From positions 530 to 64,529 of IMG/VR virus record IMGVR_UViG_3300020147_000009: a stretch of 64,000 nt of DNA; one strand, given 5' to 3'. The notes beneath the pieces were generated by a model, which worked only from the letters and a program-made list of their open reading frames with translations, did not search any database and was not told the DNA's origin. The stretch is from a virus. How positions within the stretch are numbered: the first letter of the stretch is position 1; every line of letters starts with the position of its first letter. The translations under genes and the position numbers were made by a program. Of this stretch, positions 1 through 8,888 are shown in pieces.

Positions 1-200
1 CTCGTTCATCTAAGCGATGATAGTCATCGTTTACATCAGTATCCTCTTCAACAATAATTACATAACATGAATAGGGAATACCAGCTGGATTGATGTCAAC
101 AATGCGACCAGCAACATAATGTTCTTGACGACCTTCAATTGGTTCAAAGTCATATGCCTTGATTTTCTGACCGATTTGTAAACCTTCATACTTAAGCATT
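1..200 (-). CDS. hypothetical protein, N-terminal part only (gene continues past window edge)
   Basis: Minus-strand ATG at 198-200 preceded by GAGGAG SD; open frame runs to the window edge; translation MLKYEGLQIGQKIKAYDFEPIEG... Confidence 0.4.
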
Positions 201-374
201 ATATAATACTCCTCAATGTTTAACAACTTGAGTAATTATATAATATTTTCAAGATTAAGTACACGTTTTTATAAATGAATAATTATGAAGGGAATCCATA
301 CTCCGTTGTATTGTTCCCACTTCAGAATTTTCCATTTGGCTAAATCGATTGCCTTTTCAAAAGGTCTTCATCTG

Positions 375-1106
375 TCATTTATTTTTTCCCTGTTTTCTGA
401 AACTCCACTTCTTATCGAACCCATGAGATTCGATTTTGATGGAGTCAGACATCTTAGGCATTTCCATTCCACTGTTTGCAATAACACCAGAAACAAACAT
501 ATCTATTTCTTGATGCGCTGTAAATGGTTCTATTACCTTAAAGAACTGGAATTCCTTTAGACATGGATTAATAGAATAAATTGTTCCTTCAAATGGAGAG
601 TCACTAATATAAACAGATGCAGTAACTATTTTATTCTCAATTAATATGTCATTGAACTCATCTTGATTCTGTTTAAAGAATTCAGGAATGCTCGTATTTA
701 GATAAAAGAATCTTCTTTTTTCTTTTTTCTCAGGATTGTAAGGAACACCGGTTAATTTCTCAACTGTTTCTTTGTAAGATTCATATGAATATACAAAAAG
801 CTTTTCAGGTTTAAGCTGCCCAGGTTGGTAATGTGTATGATACATTCCATTGTATTTCTTACCACATACAAATATTGATATTGGATATAATGTTTCATGA
901 TAAATTCTACCACTATTCCTTATAGTAAATGTTTGCGGATGTGGTAAATTAACAATAGGATTAAGAACTTTATAGATATGATTATCTTGATAGCCTGATA
1001 ATTTAGAGTCAGTTGACTCCGTAGTTCTTATATATTTGACACCACCTTCGTCCCTGAATTTTTGGGCGGTGTCGTAGTAATCCTTAAACTTTGAGATGAT
1101 AATCAT
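375..1106 (-). CDS. hypothetical protein (243 aa)
   Basis: Long minus-strand ORF in same orientation as the whole gene array; no recognisable motif. Confidence 0.5.
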   Translation of the reverse strand: MIIISKFKDYYDTAQKFRDEGGVKYIRTTESTDSKLSGYQDNHIYKVLNPIVNLPHPQTFTIRNSGRIYHETLYPISIFVCGKKYNGMYHTHYQPGQLKPEKLFVYSYESYKETVEKLTGVPYNPEKKEKRRFFYLNTSIPEFFKQNQDEFNDILIENKIVTASVYISDSPFEGTIYSINPCLKEFQFFKVIEPFTAHQEIDMFVSGVIANSGMEMPKMSDSIKIESHGFDKKWSFRKQGKNK

Positions 1107-1474
1107 ATCTTTTTACCTAAATTAGCAGGGTCTATTCCAGGAGAAATATATTGAATCGCTCCTTTGTTATAAGCTGGTGCTACTCTACTTCCAACATCAT
1201 GGACTATTTGTTTGTCATCATCTGATAGTCTATGATAATCTTTCATGATACCAGATGGACTACAATCCCCAATACCATGAGAGATGGAATTAATCTTTCG
1301 ATTGCTGCTTCTATGGCTATAGTTAACATTAAGAGACTTATTGCTCTTAGACTTCTTAACGTTTGGGTTAACATCATACTTCTCAAGAATATGACTCCAG
1401 TTCGCCGAAAGTTCTCTTTGTTTGGCGTTAGGTTTTCTCTTTTTCCTTTTCGGAATCTTTTCGTGTATTATCAC
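1103..1474 (-). CDS. hypothetical protein (123 aa), basic N-terminus
   Basis: ORF, ATGA-type overlap with downstream gene. Confidence 0.45.
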   Translation of the reverse strand: MIIHEKIPKRKKRKPNAKQRELSANWSHILEKYDVNPNVKKSKSNKSLNVNYSHRSSNRKINSISHGIGDCSPSGIMKDYHRLSDDDKQIVHDVGSRVAPAYNKGAIQYISPGIDPANLGKKI

Positions 1475-1676
1475 TAAAATATCTCTCGTATATCTCTTTA
1501 GAACTATTAATTTGATTGATATCTATTTCATCTCGCCAAACTATATCCACTTTTCCTTCTGGAAATGCTTTAATTGATTCATCCCTAATTTGTTCTAAAT
1601 CATACTTAATCTCGTTAGATGAATATTCATCAAAATCTATAACATATATTGTAAATTTATGGATAGAGGCTTTCAT
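1428..1676 (-). CDS. hypothetical protein (82 aa)
   Basis: ORF on coding strand; real start probably internal to avoid overlap. Confidence 0.35.
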   Translation of the reverse strand: MKASIHKFTIYVIDFDEYSSNEIKYDLEQIRDESIKAFPEGKVDIVWRDEIDINQINSSKEIYERYFSDNTRKDSEKEKEKT

Positions 1677-2219
1677 TTATTTTTCAATTCCATATAATGG
1701 AACAGGTAAATGAACTACTCCGTCCTTATCTTTGACTCCACCACCCTCAACAATAGTTCCATCTTTGGAAGGAGCTCCATCGTTGAAGAATACAGTTTCA
1801 GCACTCCATAGAACTGTACCTTCTAGTTCAGCCATAAGCTCAGCATCAGTCTTATTCATGCCAGCTTCTGTTCTGAAGAAGTGAACCTTTTTTACGTTCT
1901 TGAAAGTAACCAAACTTGGAACTAGCCAAGCGTCAGGTTCTTCTTTCAGTTTGAATACAGGAGTCCATTCTACACCTGGTTCCTCTAGCATCCAATCATG
2001 CATGTCGAATTCAAAGTTTCCGTATGGGTCAACATAACCATACGCACCTTCAACTTCTTTATTTGGATTTGGTGCTATTACCTTATCTACACGTTTAGAT
2101 ATTTCTTGAATGTCATCGCTTGGTTCGTATGGGCCAGAGTGTAGTTCTTCATGAAGATACCTGTCCTTCTCATTGACTAATTCAAGAAGGTCTGCTATTA
2201 ATTGTTTCCATGGATGCAT
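1677..2219 (-). CDS. hypothetical protein (180 aa)
   Basis: ORF with ATG at 2217-2219. Confidence 0.55.
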   Translation of the reverse strand: MHPWKQLIADLLELVNEKDRYLHEELHSGPYEPSDDIQEISKRVDKVIAPNPNKEVEGAYGYVDPYGNFEFDMHDWMLEEPGVEWTPVFKLKEEPDAWLVPSLVTFKNVKKVHFFRTEAGMNKTDAELMAELEGTVLWSAETVFFNDGAPSKDGTIVEGGGVKDKDGVVHLPVPLYGIEK

Positions 2220-2220
2220 A

Positions 2221-2385
2221 TTATTTCCTTATACAGTAAGCATGTTTGACAGCTTTTGTCCTTGATTTGACAACTTTCGCTGCATGCTCACATTGTGTTT
2301 GACTACTGAATTCTTGTGTATGAATTTCGACATCATTTCCACTATTGACATGGGAAGACATTAATATAAACAGAATGTAAATCAT
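2221..2385 (-). CDS. small hypothetical protein (54 aa, hydrophobic N-terminus MIYILFILM), not in ORF track
   Basis: ATG at 2383-2385 overlaps stop of upstream gene (TAATG); stop at 2221-2223, one nt before next gene start. Confidence 0.3.
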   Translation of the reverse strand: MIYILFILMSSHVNSGNDVEIHTQEFSSQTQCEHAAKVVKSRTKAVKHAYCIRK

Positions 2386-2846
2386 TATGCTGCTCCTTTG
2401 CCTTGCATATATCCTAATGGATATTCGGTTTGTCGTTTATGTTCTTCAGCACATTCTGCGGCTGCAACAATCGTCTTCTTTGATGTCCTGCCATACCAAG
2501 TTCTGATTGCTGGTATGGTATTATACATCAATTTTTGCTCATTGTTATATCCAATTAGACTTTTCTTTTCAAACAACGAAGCAAAAGATTCACATGGTTT
2601 GACACCGTTGATTCTATCGACGTAAGCAGCGTGAGAATGGTGTTTAAGTAGAATATAGTCTTCATTTTCCCATAAAATCTTTGGCTTAGCCGGCACCCTA
2701 CATGAAGTTCCAACAAGCCACCTTCTTAGAATATAATCGGTTCCACTATAATCAGTTTGCATTTTCTGCTTCCTCATATCCATTTTGATAACCATCGTCG
2801 TATCCAGTTTCCTTGGCATTAGAAATACATTTTTGACAAGGTTCAA
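2385..2846 (-). CDS. hypothetical protein (153 aa; true start probably an internal Met)
   Basis: ORF; overlaps 2752..2979 frame so start likely downstream. Confidence 0.45.
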   Translation of the reverse strand: MNLVKNVFLMPRKLDTTMVIKMDMRKQKMQTDYSGTDYILRRWLVGTSCRVPAKPKILWENEDYILLKHHSHAAYVDRINGVKPCESFASLFEKKSLIGYNNEQKLMYNTIPAIRTWYGRTSKKTIVAAAECAEEHKRQTEYPLGYMQGKGAA

Positions 2847-2979
2847 CTACAACTTGTGGAACATTTCTATTGCGGCTATTTCTTGTTGTGCTTTGAAGAC
2901 ATAATCCCTCACCACAAGAACAATAAACCTCAAATTCTACTGAAACGGTTGTTGTAACTTCAGCATCGAATTCAGGCAT
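2752..2979 (-). CDS. small Cys-rich hypothetical protein (75 aa)
   Basis: ORF with CSCGEG...CQKC cysteine pairs. Confidence 0.35.
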   Translation of the reverse strand: MPEFDAEVTTTVSVEFEVYCSCGEGLCLQSTTRNSRNRNVPQVVVEPCQKCISNAKETGYDDGYQNGYEEAENAN

Positions 2980-2981
2980 GT

Positions 2982-3539
2982 TTATTCTCCAAGTTTCAGT
3001 CTACCAGTTTCTACACTAAGCTCATGCCAATCTCTGAATTCAATTCCTTTGAAAGCCATTCGTTCTTGCCCATCAAATACACATGTGGATGCTTTGTGGG
3101 CAATATAAGCTTGCATAGCTCCAGAAACATAGCAACCATAACCTTCAAGAAAATATAGGTCCGCGTGGTCATCCATGCTAGGATATTCAATATTGTTATA
3201 AAGACAATATAGATAAGACATTAATACACAATGAGAGCCACTACCTAAGTTGCATATAAAAGTCTTAGTCTTCTTATCATATAACCAACAATATGTATAT
3301 TCATCAGCATCAAATCGAGTTTTAACTTCGGATATGTCATGATATTCTGTATATCCACTAGAATATGGGTTCCATCGACTCTTTCGACCATTACGATATT
3401 CTTCTTCAACTTCGTCCAGGCGCTTTTTAAGTTTGTCACCTTTTTCAAGACCTATATCTAGATAACCGAGGTCGTGTTCAGTTAAAGGTCTACCGATAAC
3501 AGATTCGAGTCTTTTATGGAATTCTTCACGGAATATCAT
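2982..3539 (-). CDS. hypothetical protein (185 aa)
   Basis: ORF. Confidence 0.55.
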   Translation of the reverse strand: MIFREEFHKRLESVIGRPLTEHDLGYLDIGLEKGDKLKKRLDEVEEEYRNGRKSRWNPYSSGYTEYHDISEVKTRFDADEYTYCWLYDKKTKTFICNLGSGSHCVLMSYLYCLYNNIEYPSMDDHADLYFLEGYGCYVSGAMQAYIAHKASTCVFDGQERMAFKGIEFRDWHELSVETGRLKLGE

Positions 3540-3892
3540 TCTTTTGCCTTTGCTTTGAACAATACAATATGAGCATTCATGGCGTTAGTAGATGTTACTC
3601 CATCTGGGAGGTTTTCTTTCAGCCATTCATTGATATAATCATAGTGAACTACAGCACTAGTGGCTTCCCAAAATAGGATAACTAATCCACCAATTTTCTT
3701 CTTAAAAACAGAAATACAAATTGGATAAGTTTCTCCATCAATGGTTACTTGGTTGATTGTCGCAAGCTTGCCTTCGCCACCTCGTTCCCAATCATACTTC
3801 TTACTGTATTCCTGCCAAAGAGCAATAGTTTCATAACTGTTGGCTTCAATTACACCACCAACTTCAGCGAAATATTCTTTCCAAGTATTCAT
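3536..3892 (-). CDS. hypothetical protein (118 aa)
   Basis: ORF, ATGA overlap with neighbour. Confidence 0.5.
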   Translation of the reverse strand: MNTWKEYFAEVGGVIEANSYETIALWQEYSKKYDWERGGEGKLATINQVTIDGETYPICISVFKKKIGGLVILFWEATSAVVHYDYINEWLKENLPDGVTSTNAMNAHIVLFKAKAKE

Positions 3893-4248
3893 AATAACTC
3901 CTCCGGAATTTCTACTACATCACCCAACTTGCTGGCGACATAACAGCGCATGGCGGCGATTAGTTCTGTCTCACCCCATGCCATAGCTTGGCGTTCACAA
4001 GTACTATCCCCTTGTGAACGAATTTCTGCTAAAACATACTCTTCACCATTATTCAGGAAGTGAGTGAAGTCAATCTTTCCAAGAGAAACAATCGGCCCAC
4101 CTTGGGCCCAGTCGGTTGAGGGGCTGTACACTGTTCCGACTATGTCCCTGATATGCAATCCATCAAACGAAATAATCCTTGCCTTAATAATTGTAGCCAC
4201 AGCCCAATCAAGCGCTGCTTCTGTGAGTTCTGCTGTTTTGATTTTCAC
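3889..4248 (-). CDS. hypothetical protein (119 aa)
   Basis: ORF, 4-nt overlap with neighbours. Confidence 0.5.
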   Translation of the reverse strand: MKIKTAELTEAALDWAVATIIKARIISFDGLHIRDIVGTVYSPSTDWAQGGPIVSLGKIDFTHFLNNGEEYVLAEIRSQGDSTCERQAMAWGETELIAAMRCYVASKLGDVVEIPEELL

Positions 4249-4634
4249 TTTGTGTCACCAAACTTCTTTTGTAGACGTTCGTATTCTTTACGTTCGCGTT
4301 CTTCCTGTTCCTTCTCGGCCTTCTGGCGTCTAGCTTCTTTTTCTTGGCGTTCTCTTTCAGCCTCTGCGGCATAGAGGTCTTCCATTGCTTGTTGAAGTTC
4401 TTCCTTATCTTTGAAAATGAATTCTTTGGTGAAGGAAATTGTCATTGACTCTCTATCACCTCTCCACCAATAAAGTTCAATGGATAATTGTTTATCATCT
4501 CCAATGTAGAAGTTATCCAAATCCCAATTAGTATGATGGATATCATTGTATATCTTGATGATATCGCATGCTCTTTGGAGGAGCATATCATGATAATCAA
4601 TATATACATCCAACGCTGCTTCGTCAAATTTCAT
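4245..4634 (-). CDS. hypothetical protein with C-terminal charged K/E/R-rich coiled-coil tail (129 aa)
   Basis: ORF; C-terminus EAERERQEKEARRQKAEKEQEERERKEYERLQKK. Confidence 0.5.
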   Translation of the reverse strand: MKFDEAALDVYIDYHDMLLQRACDIIKIYNDIHHTNWDLDNFYIGDDKQLSIELYWWRGDRESMTISFTKEFIFKDKEELQQAMEDLYAAEAERERQEKEARRQKAEKEQEERERKEYERLQKKFGDTK

Positions 4635-4891
4635 TATATATTCCTTTCACGTAAAAACTCAAGAGCTTCTTCTTTAGACATATTGAACAATTCATCAATC
4701 TCTTCAACATACAATCTGGCGTTATAGGCATCACCATAGCATACTACAAAACCGTCACCATATTGCCAAACAACATGAGCTTGCTCGTCCTCTAGTACCT
4801 CAGAAATTTTATCACTTAGAGGCTGAATAGTAGATTCGATTTCGTTGAAAAGCTTGGCGGCTTTGTTGAGTAGTCTTGAATATTTGCTCAT
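4634..4891 (-). CDS. hypothetical protein (85 aa)
   Basis: ORF. Confidence 0.45.
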   Translation of the reverse strand: MSKYSRLLNKAAKLFNEIESTIQPLSDKISEVLEDEQAHVVWQYGDGFVVCYGDAYNARLYVEEIDELFNMSKEEALEFLRERNI

Positions 4892-4911
4892 AATATAATG
4901 TTCCTCAGTTG

Positions 4912-5244
4912 TTATTCAATATCAGGTTTTACAAAATCTGGAAATGATTCAATAAATTTAGCAGCTAATTCTTTAGCTTCGCTTAGAGTTGTTGCTCTTT
5001 TCTTGAGAAGCTTCCATTCAAACGCAGCCTCTTCCGGCTTTCTGTTATGGTTCCATTTTGCAACGTAAACCTTGAGCTCAGAATGTTCTCCAGTTTTTAC
5101 TTTTGATGGAATATATTTGTCTGAACAGGATATTCTTGCTGCAGGGGAACCATCAGAATATGTAGCATGTGGCCAACCTCTTTCTTGGAAATAGCGATAA
5201 GGACCATATGGAGCTGGGTCAACATTCCATTTCAATTTAGGCAT
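4912..5244 (-). CDS. hypothetical protein (110 aa)
   Basis: ORF. Confidence 0.5.
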   Translation of the reverse strand: MPKLKWNVDPAPYGPYRYFQERGWPHATYSDGSPAARISCSDKYIPSKVKTGEHSELKVYVAKWNHNRKPEEAAFEWKLLKKRATTLSEAKELAAKFIESFPDFVKPDIE

Positions 5245-5261
5245 AATATAATGTTCCTCAG

Positions 5262-5468
5262 TTATATCATTTTGCCTGGTATTTCATTTGTAGAAATACC
5301 ATGTTTTTCCAGCATTTTGGTGACTTCACCAGATGGCGAAGATTTCAAATACCAATGAGTATTTGGGTCATCAGCTTCATACATCAATGACATAGCTATC
5401 ACATGCCGTTCCTTCAGCATTATTAATGCTTTGGCAAGCTCAGCCTTTACTTCTTCAATTGTTTCCAT
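5262..5468 (-). CDS. hypothetical protein (68 aa)
   Basis: ORF directly downstream of early promoter plus 5' hairpin module. Confidence 0.45.
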   Translation of the reverse strand: METIEEVKAELAKALIMLKERHVIAMSLMYEADDPNTHWYLKSSPSGEVTKMLEKHGISTNEIPGKMI

Positions 5469-5501
5469 ATATAATCTTTCTCAAATTTAACAACTTGAGT
5501 A

Positions 5502-5530
5502 ATTATATAATAATTAACTGAAAAAGTAAA
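5502..5530 (-). promoter_or_regulatory. sigma70-like early promoter (TTTACT-17-TATAAT on minus strand), followed by 5' UTR hairpin at 5480..5499
   Basis: Minus-strand read TTTACTttttcagttaattattaTATAAT; the 27-bp core tttaacaacttgagtaattatataata is an exact repeat of 220..246. Confidence 0.5.
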
Positions 5531-5535
5531 TGATT

Positions 5536-5940
5536 TTATTCAACTTTGTAGCCATACATGGCTACATTAGTATGAGTCAATTTTGGGAAAACTGATTTTA
5601 GATTCTGCTGACGAATAGCAATAAGGATATCAGCATCCTCTTTTGCCATACCCTCAATCATTTGGAGAAATATTTCTTCTTTACGTTTTTGAGTGATATT
5701 CGTTTTTGCAGATGTTAGGACATACAGACGTCTAAGTTCAGCCATTAGAGAGATTGGTGCAATACCAATAACTGACTTTTCCTGTCTGTAAGGTGGGATT
5801 TTCTTAGGAAGGTCAAACTTAAGGTCAGGGTCAAACGCATATCCAAATATCATCTTAATTGATGTTGTATTTTTGTATGTTGAATTCAATAAATCCAAGT
5901 CATCGTTGATTTCTTGAAGCATTTCATGAATATATTTCAT
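5536..5940 (-). CDS. hypothetical protein (134 aa)
   Basis: ORF. Confidence 0.5.
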   Translation of the reverse strand: MKYIHEMLQEINDDLDLLNSTYKNTTSIKMIFGYAFDPDLKFDLPKKIPPYRQEKSVIGIAPISLMAELRRLYVLTSAKTNITQKRKEEIFLQMIEGMAKEDADILIAIRQQNLKSVFPKLTHTNVAMYGYKVE

Positions 5941-5973
5941 TTGAACCTTAACCTTAATTGTTGTATGTACTAT

Positions 5974-6408
5974 TTATTCAAGATAGCTGATTGGTTTATT
6001 AGTATAGATTGCATATTCAATCTCAGATTGGGTTGAGGAACCAATATACCCATCCTTGTTAATCACATAGACTTCATCAGCTAAATCGATTTTCCTCTTA
6101 TGTAGGTTATCCAATGCTTCCTTCTCAGATAAAGTAATAGTATCATTATCTGTATGCATGAAGAAACCAACTGACAAAACAATATATCCTTTAAGAGTGA
6201 ATTCTTTATTAGCCTTATAGAATTCATCCTTGAATTTTGTTGAACCACATAAACAAACAACTTTTACATCTTTTAGTCTCTTAGCTGTATCATGAACAGC
6301 TTTAAGAGAACCATCAAACTTATGTAGAAGCTGAGGAAAATCATCATCAACTATAGCTGTCTGTCTTACGTTTAAACCGTCTTCAATTGCATTTATAAAT
6401 TTCTTCAT
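5974..6408 (-). CDS. nucleoside 2-deoxyribosyltransferase-like (NDT/DNPH1-like Rossmann) protein
   Basis: N-terminal VVCLCGSTKF and C-terminal GSSTQSEIEYAIYTNKPISYL match the NDT-family pattern (DxGTxxExGyA...KPv). Confidence 0.5.
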   Translation of the reverse strand: MKKFINAIEDGLNVRQTAIVDDDFPQLLHKFDGSLKAVHDTAKRLKDVKVVCLCGSTKFKDEFYKANKEFTLKGYIVLSVGFFMHTDNDTITLSEKEALDNLHKRKIDLADEVYVINKDGYIGSSTQSEIEYAIYTNKPISYLE

Positions 6409-7292
6409 TAAAAATCCTCTACACTTGCTATTAGATTATTACAACGCTTACCAGCAAGATAAGTCCAAAGCTTCATTCTATCAAACTTAGTCTCTCTTGG
6501 CTTAGCATACTCCGTTAAGATTAGTTCCTCAATATCAGCAGGTATATAGTCAAAATTCATCAATGTTTGGTTTCTTGTGTAGTTCCTTCTTTCTTCATCA
6601 TTTACACAAGCCTCAATTCCCTTCTCGAGAAACTCATCCAATCTGTTTTGATAGATTGCTTTTGCTCTGCCGTTAGGCTTAGTAAACCAATCATCAGCCA
6701 TATAGATTGATGGAATACCATCCTTCTTCTGACCTTTCACCGTACATTCATTGAGATATTCTTTTACCTCTTTAATAGACTTCTTAATCATCTTCTTTGT
6801 ACTAGGACTATATTGCTCAACCTTATCATACTTCTGAAGTTGAGACATGTCGTTATCTGAAGAGATAATCATAACCGGTTCTGTAGTACCAAATACACCA
6901 ATACGAGCTTTCTTTGTAAGAATAGCAATGATGTCATCAGCCTCACAACCTTCCAGTTGTATAACCTTATATGGGGTAAATTTGATTAACTCTTGTCTGA
7001 TGATATCCATACATTGGAATATCATGTCCCAATCTAGGTCTGATTCTGCTCTACCAGCTCCTCTACTCCATTTATAGTATGGAAAATATTTCTTTCTCCA
7101 ATAGTTTCTACCATCACAAGCAATTACAACTTCACCGAACTTCGCTGAGTGTTTCTTCTTATGTGACAATATACTACTTAATACAATATGTCTTACAAGA
7201 CCAATAGCATCATCAATCTTCTTGCCTTTGATTTCCTTTTGGAGAACAAAGACACCAGCGATGACGATGCCACTGTAGTCAATAATTATCAT
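6408..7292 (-). CDS. rnh: RNase H / 5'-3' flap exonuclease (T4 rnh-like)
   Basis: FEN/5'-3' exonuclease motifs incl. GCEADDIIA; length 294 aa similar to T4 RNase H. Confidence 0.85.
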   Translation of the reverse strand: MIIIDYSGIVIAGVFVLQKEIKGKKIDDAIGLVRHIVLSSILSHKKKHSAKFGEVVIACDGRNYWRKKYFPYYKWSRGAGRAESDLDWDMIFQCMDIIRQELIKFTPYKVIQLEGCEADDIIAILTKKARIGVFGTTEPVMIISSDNDMSQLQKYDKVEQYSPSTKKMIKKSIKEVKEYLNECTVKGQKKDGIPSIYMADDWFTKPNGRAKAIYQNRLDEFLEKGIEACVNDEERRNYTRNQTLMNFDYIPADIEELILTEYAKPRETKFDRMKLWTYLAGKRCNNLIASVEDF

Positions 7293-8404
7293 TTAAACAC
7301 TTTCAATATAATACAATTTGAGTTAATTCTACCTGTTGGGATATATGTTGTGCCTTTGATATCACGTAATCCCATTTCCATTTTCTTTCGAGTCAGAGTT
7401 GCAAATTCCTTTAACATTTCTGGCTTACGAATAGTCTTCATTGAAGATTTCTCTGGTTCGAAGTTTACTAAAGTAGTTCCCTTGACAGATATGTTTTCAC
7501 CAACATATCTCGCCAGTTTCCTATACTTGATATCAAATACCCATACTTCATTTGAACCAATGATATCTGCTGGATTTTCAGACTTTATTCCAAGCTCAGA
7601 ATCTTCCATCTTATATTTTAGATTCTTGACCAATACACCGGCAGGTTTTACCTTTTTAGTCCTTGGTTTACGAACCTTTGTTGATATACCATAAATCTTT
7701 ACTGCTTCTCCAATAGACTCATACCAAGCCAGCAACTTCTTAATCTTAGACTTAGATACATGACTCCAAGCCTCGTTAAGTTGTTCATCCTTACCTTCCA
7801 ATAAGGTCTTCAGTTCAGAAATAATATGAGTGTAGAATTTAGGAATATGATTTGCAACTGGTCGACTTACGTTATTCGACTTTAGAATTCCGTCAACAGG
7901 AGGAAGTGGAATGTCTTTTGTGATAAACTCATCTACTGCATAGTCAAATTCACTTGAGAATTCATGAGCTTTTTCAAGGATTTTTTCTTGAATGTTTACA
8001 ACGTTCTTGCTTGGCTCTTTTTCTTCTTCTACTTCTTTGATTGAATTCTTGTATGCGATTTGCATCTTAACTAGATGTTCGATTTTTGTATCAACCCAAT
8101 TTAGGTCTTTCTTTGCCAAATCGATACCACGAGTCTTCATTCTGATTATAGCACCCAAAGTATGGAAGTGATAATCTGGCAGTTCTGATATTTCGTCAAG
8201 CTTGGTGGGATGATTCTTCTTAACGTAATCTAGAACCCACTTCTTCTTAACTTTATTATCTACCATCACATTGTAGTAATTGAGAGCATACATCAATTCA
8301 AGACGATAATTCTCTTTCTTGATTGTTGTTGGTTCAATAGAGCCTGAAACTTCTCTCTCGAACTTCTCTATAATTCTACGATTTTTTGCACTGGAAGAAG
8401 CCAT
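7289..8404 (-). CDS. hypothetical protein (371 aa)
   Basis: Long ORF with AGGGG SD and canonical early promoter upstream. Confidence 0.55.
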   Translation of the reverse strand: MASSSAKNRRIIEKFEREVSGSIEPTTIKKENYRLELMYALNYYNVMVDNKVKKKWVLDYVKKNHPTKLDEISELPDYHFHTLGAIIRMKTRGIDLAKKDLNWVDTKIEHLVKMQIAYKNSIKEVEEEKEPSKNVVNIQEKILEKAHEFSSEFDYAVDEFITKDIPLPPVDGILKSNNVSRPVANHIPKFYTHIISELKTLLEGKDEQLNEAWSHVSKSKIKKLLAWYESIGEAVKIYGISTKVRKPRTKKVKPAGVLVKNLKYKMEDSELGIKSENPADIIGSNEVWVFDIKYRKLARYVGENISVKGTTLVNFEPEKSSMKTIRKPEMLKEFATLTRKKMEMGLRDIKGTTYIPTGRINSNCIILKVFK

Positions 8405-8433
8405 GTAATTCCCCTAATTTAATAAGTAAGATA

Positions 8434-8463
8434 ATTATATATCATTTTTTGACTAAAGTAAAA
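8434..8463 (-). promoter_or_regulatory. early promoter (TTTTACTTTA-N16-TATAAT)
   Basis: Minus strand reads ttttactttagtcaaaaaatgataTATAAT about 30 nt upstream of ATG at 8404. Confidence 0.55.
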
Positions 8464-8529
8464 TTTTAAATTTCAATAATATTTAAATTATCAATATTTA
8501 TCATTTACTTATAGTCAAAAAACGTTAAA

Positions 8530-8880
8530 TTATGGAAGTTGGTCACCAATTTCTGGGTCGAATGGTAGGTCACAGCTTCTGAACTTTCCAGTTGAGTATA
8601 AGCTGGCAGGACCTGGAAAATCTTCCCAATAGATTGAGATGAAATTACTATCACCAATCCAACATCCTTTACCTGTTGTTCCGTCAGGTGCAGTCCAGTC
8701 GGCTCTATAGAAAGAACCATGAGTGGTTACAGGACACGCGAGCAAAGTAATCTTTACTTCACTTCCATCTGAGAATTTACGGCACATTTCCTTGTCATGA
8801 CCAGGCACAACAGCTGCGTTAGCAAAAGTAGTGCTTAATAATAATCCAATTGCTACAATATAAGTAATAAGTTTCTTCAT
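8530..8880 (-). CDS. secreted protein with signal peptide (MKKLITYIVAIGLLLSTTFANA)
   Basis: ORF 8530..8913; preferred start ATG 8878-8880 with AGGAAAA SD; cleavable signal peptide. Confidence 0.5.
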   Translation of the reverse strand: MKKLITYIVAIGLLLSTTFANAAVVPGHDKEMCRKFSDGSEVKITLLACPVTTHGSFYRADWTAPDGTTGKGCWIGDSNFISIYWEDFPGPASLYSTGKFRSCDLPFDPEIGDQLP

Positions 8881-8888
8881 TAATTTTC

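Noticed and set aside
2250-2355. Four TTGACA-like repeats on the plus strand in the 2220..2384 gap
   Set aside because: Wrong strand for the leftward gene array, and the interval is covered by a plausible small coupled ORF (2221..2385). It may still be a binding-site cluster but the evidence is weak.
8505-8720. 71-aa ORF 8505..8720 from the track
   Set aside because: Entirely overlaps the signal-peptide protein gene 8530..8880 in another frame. No independent support.
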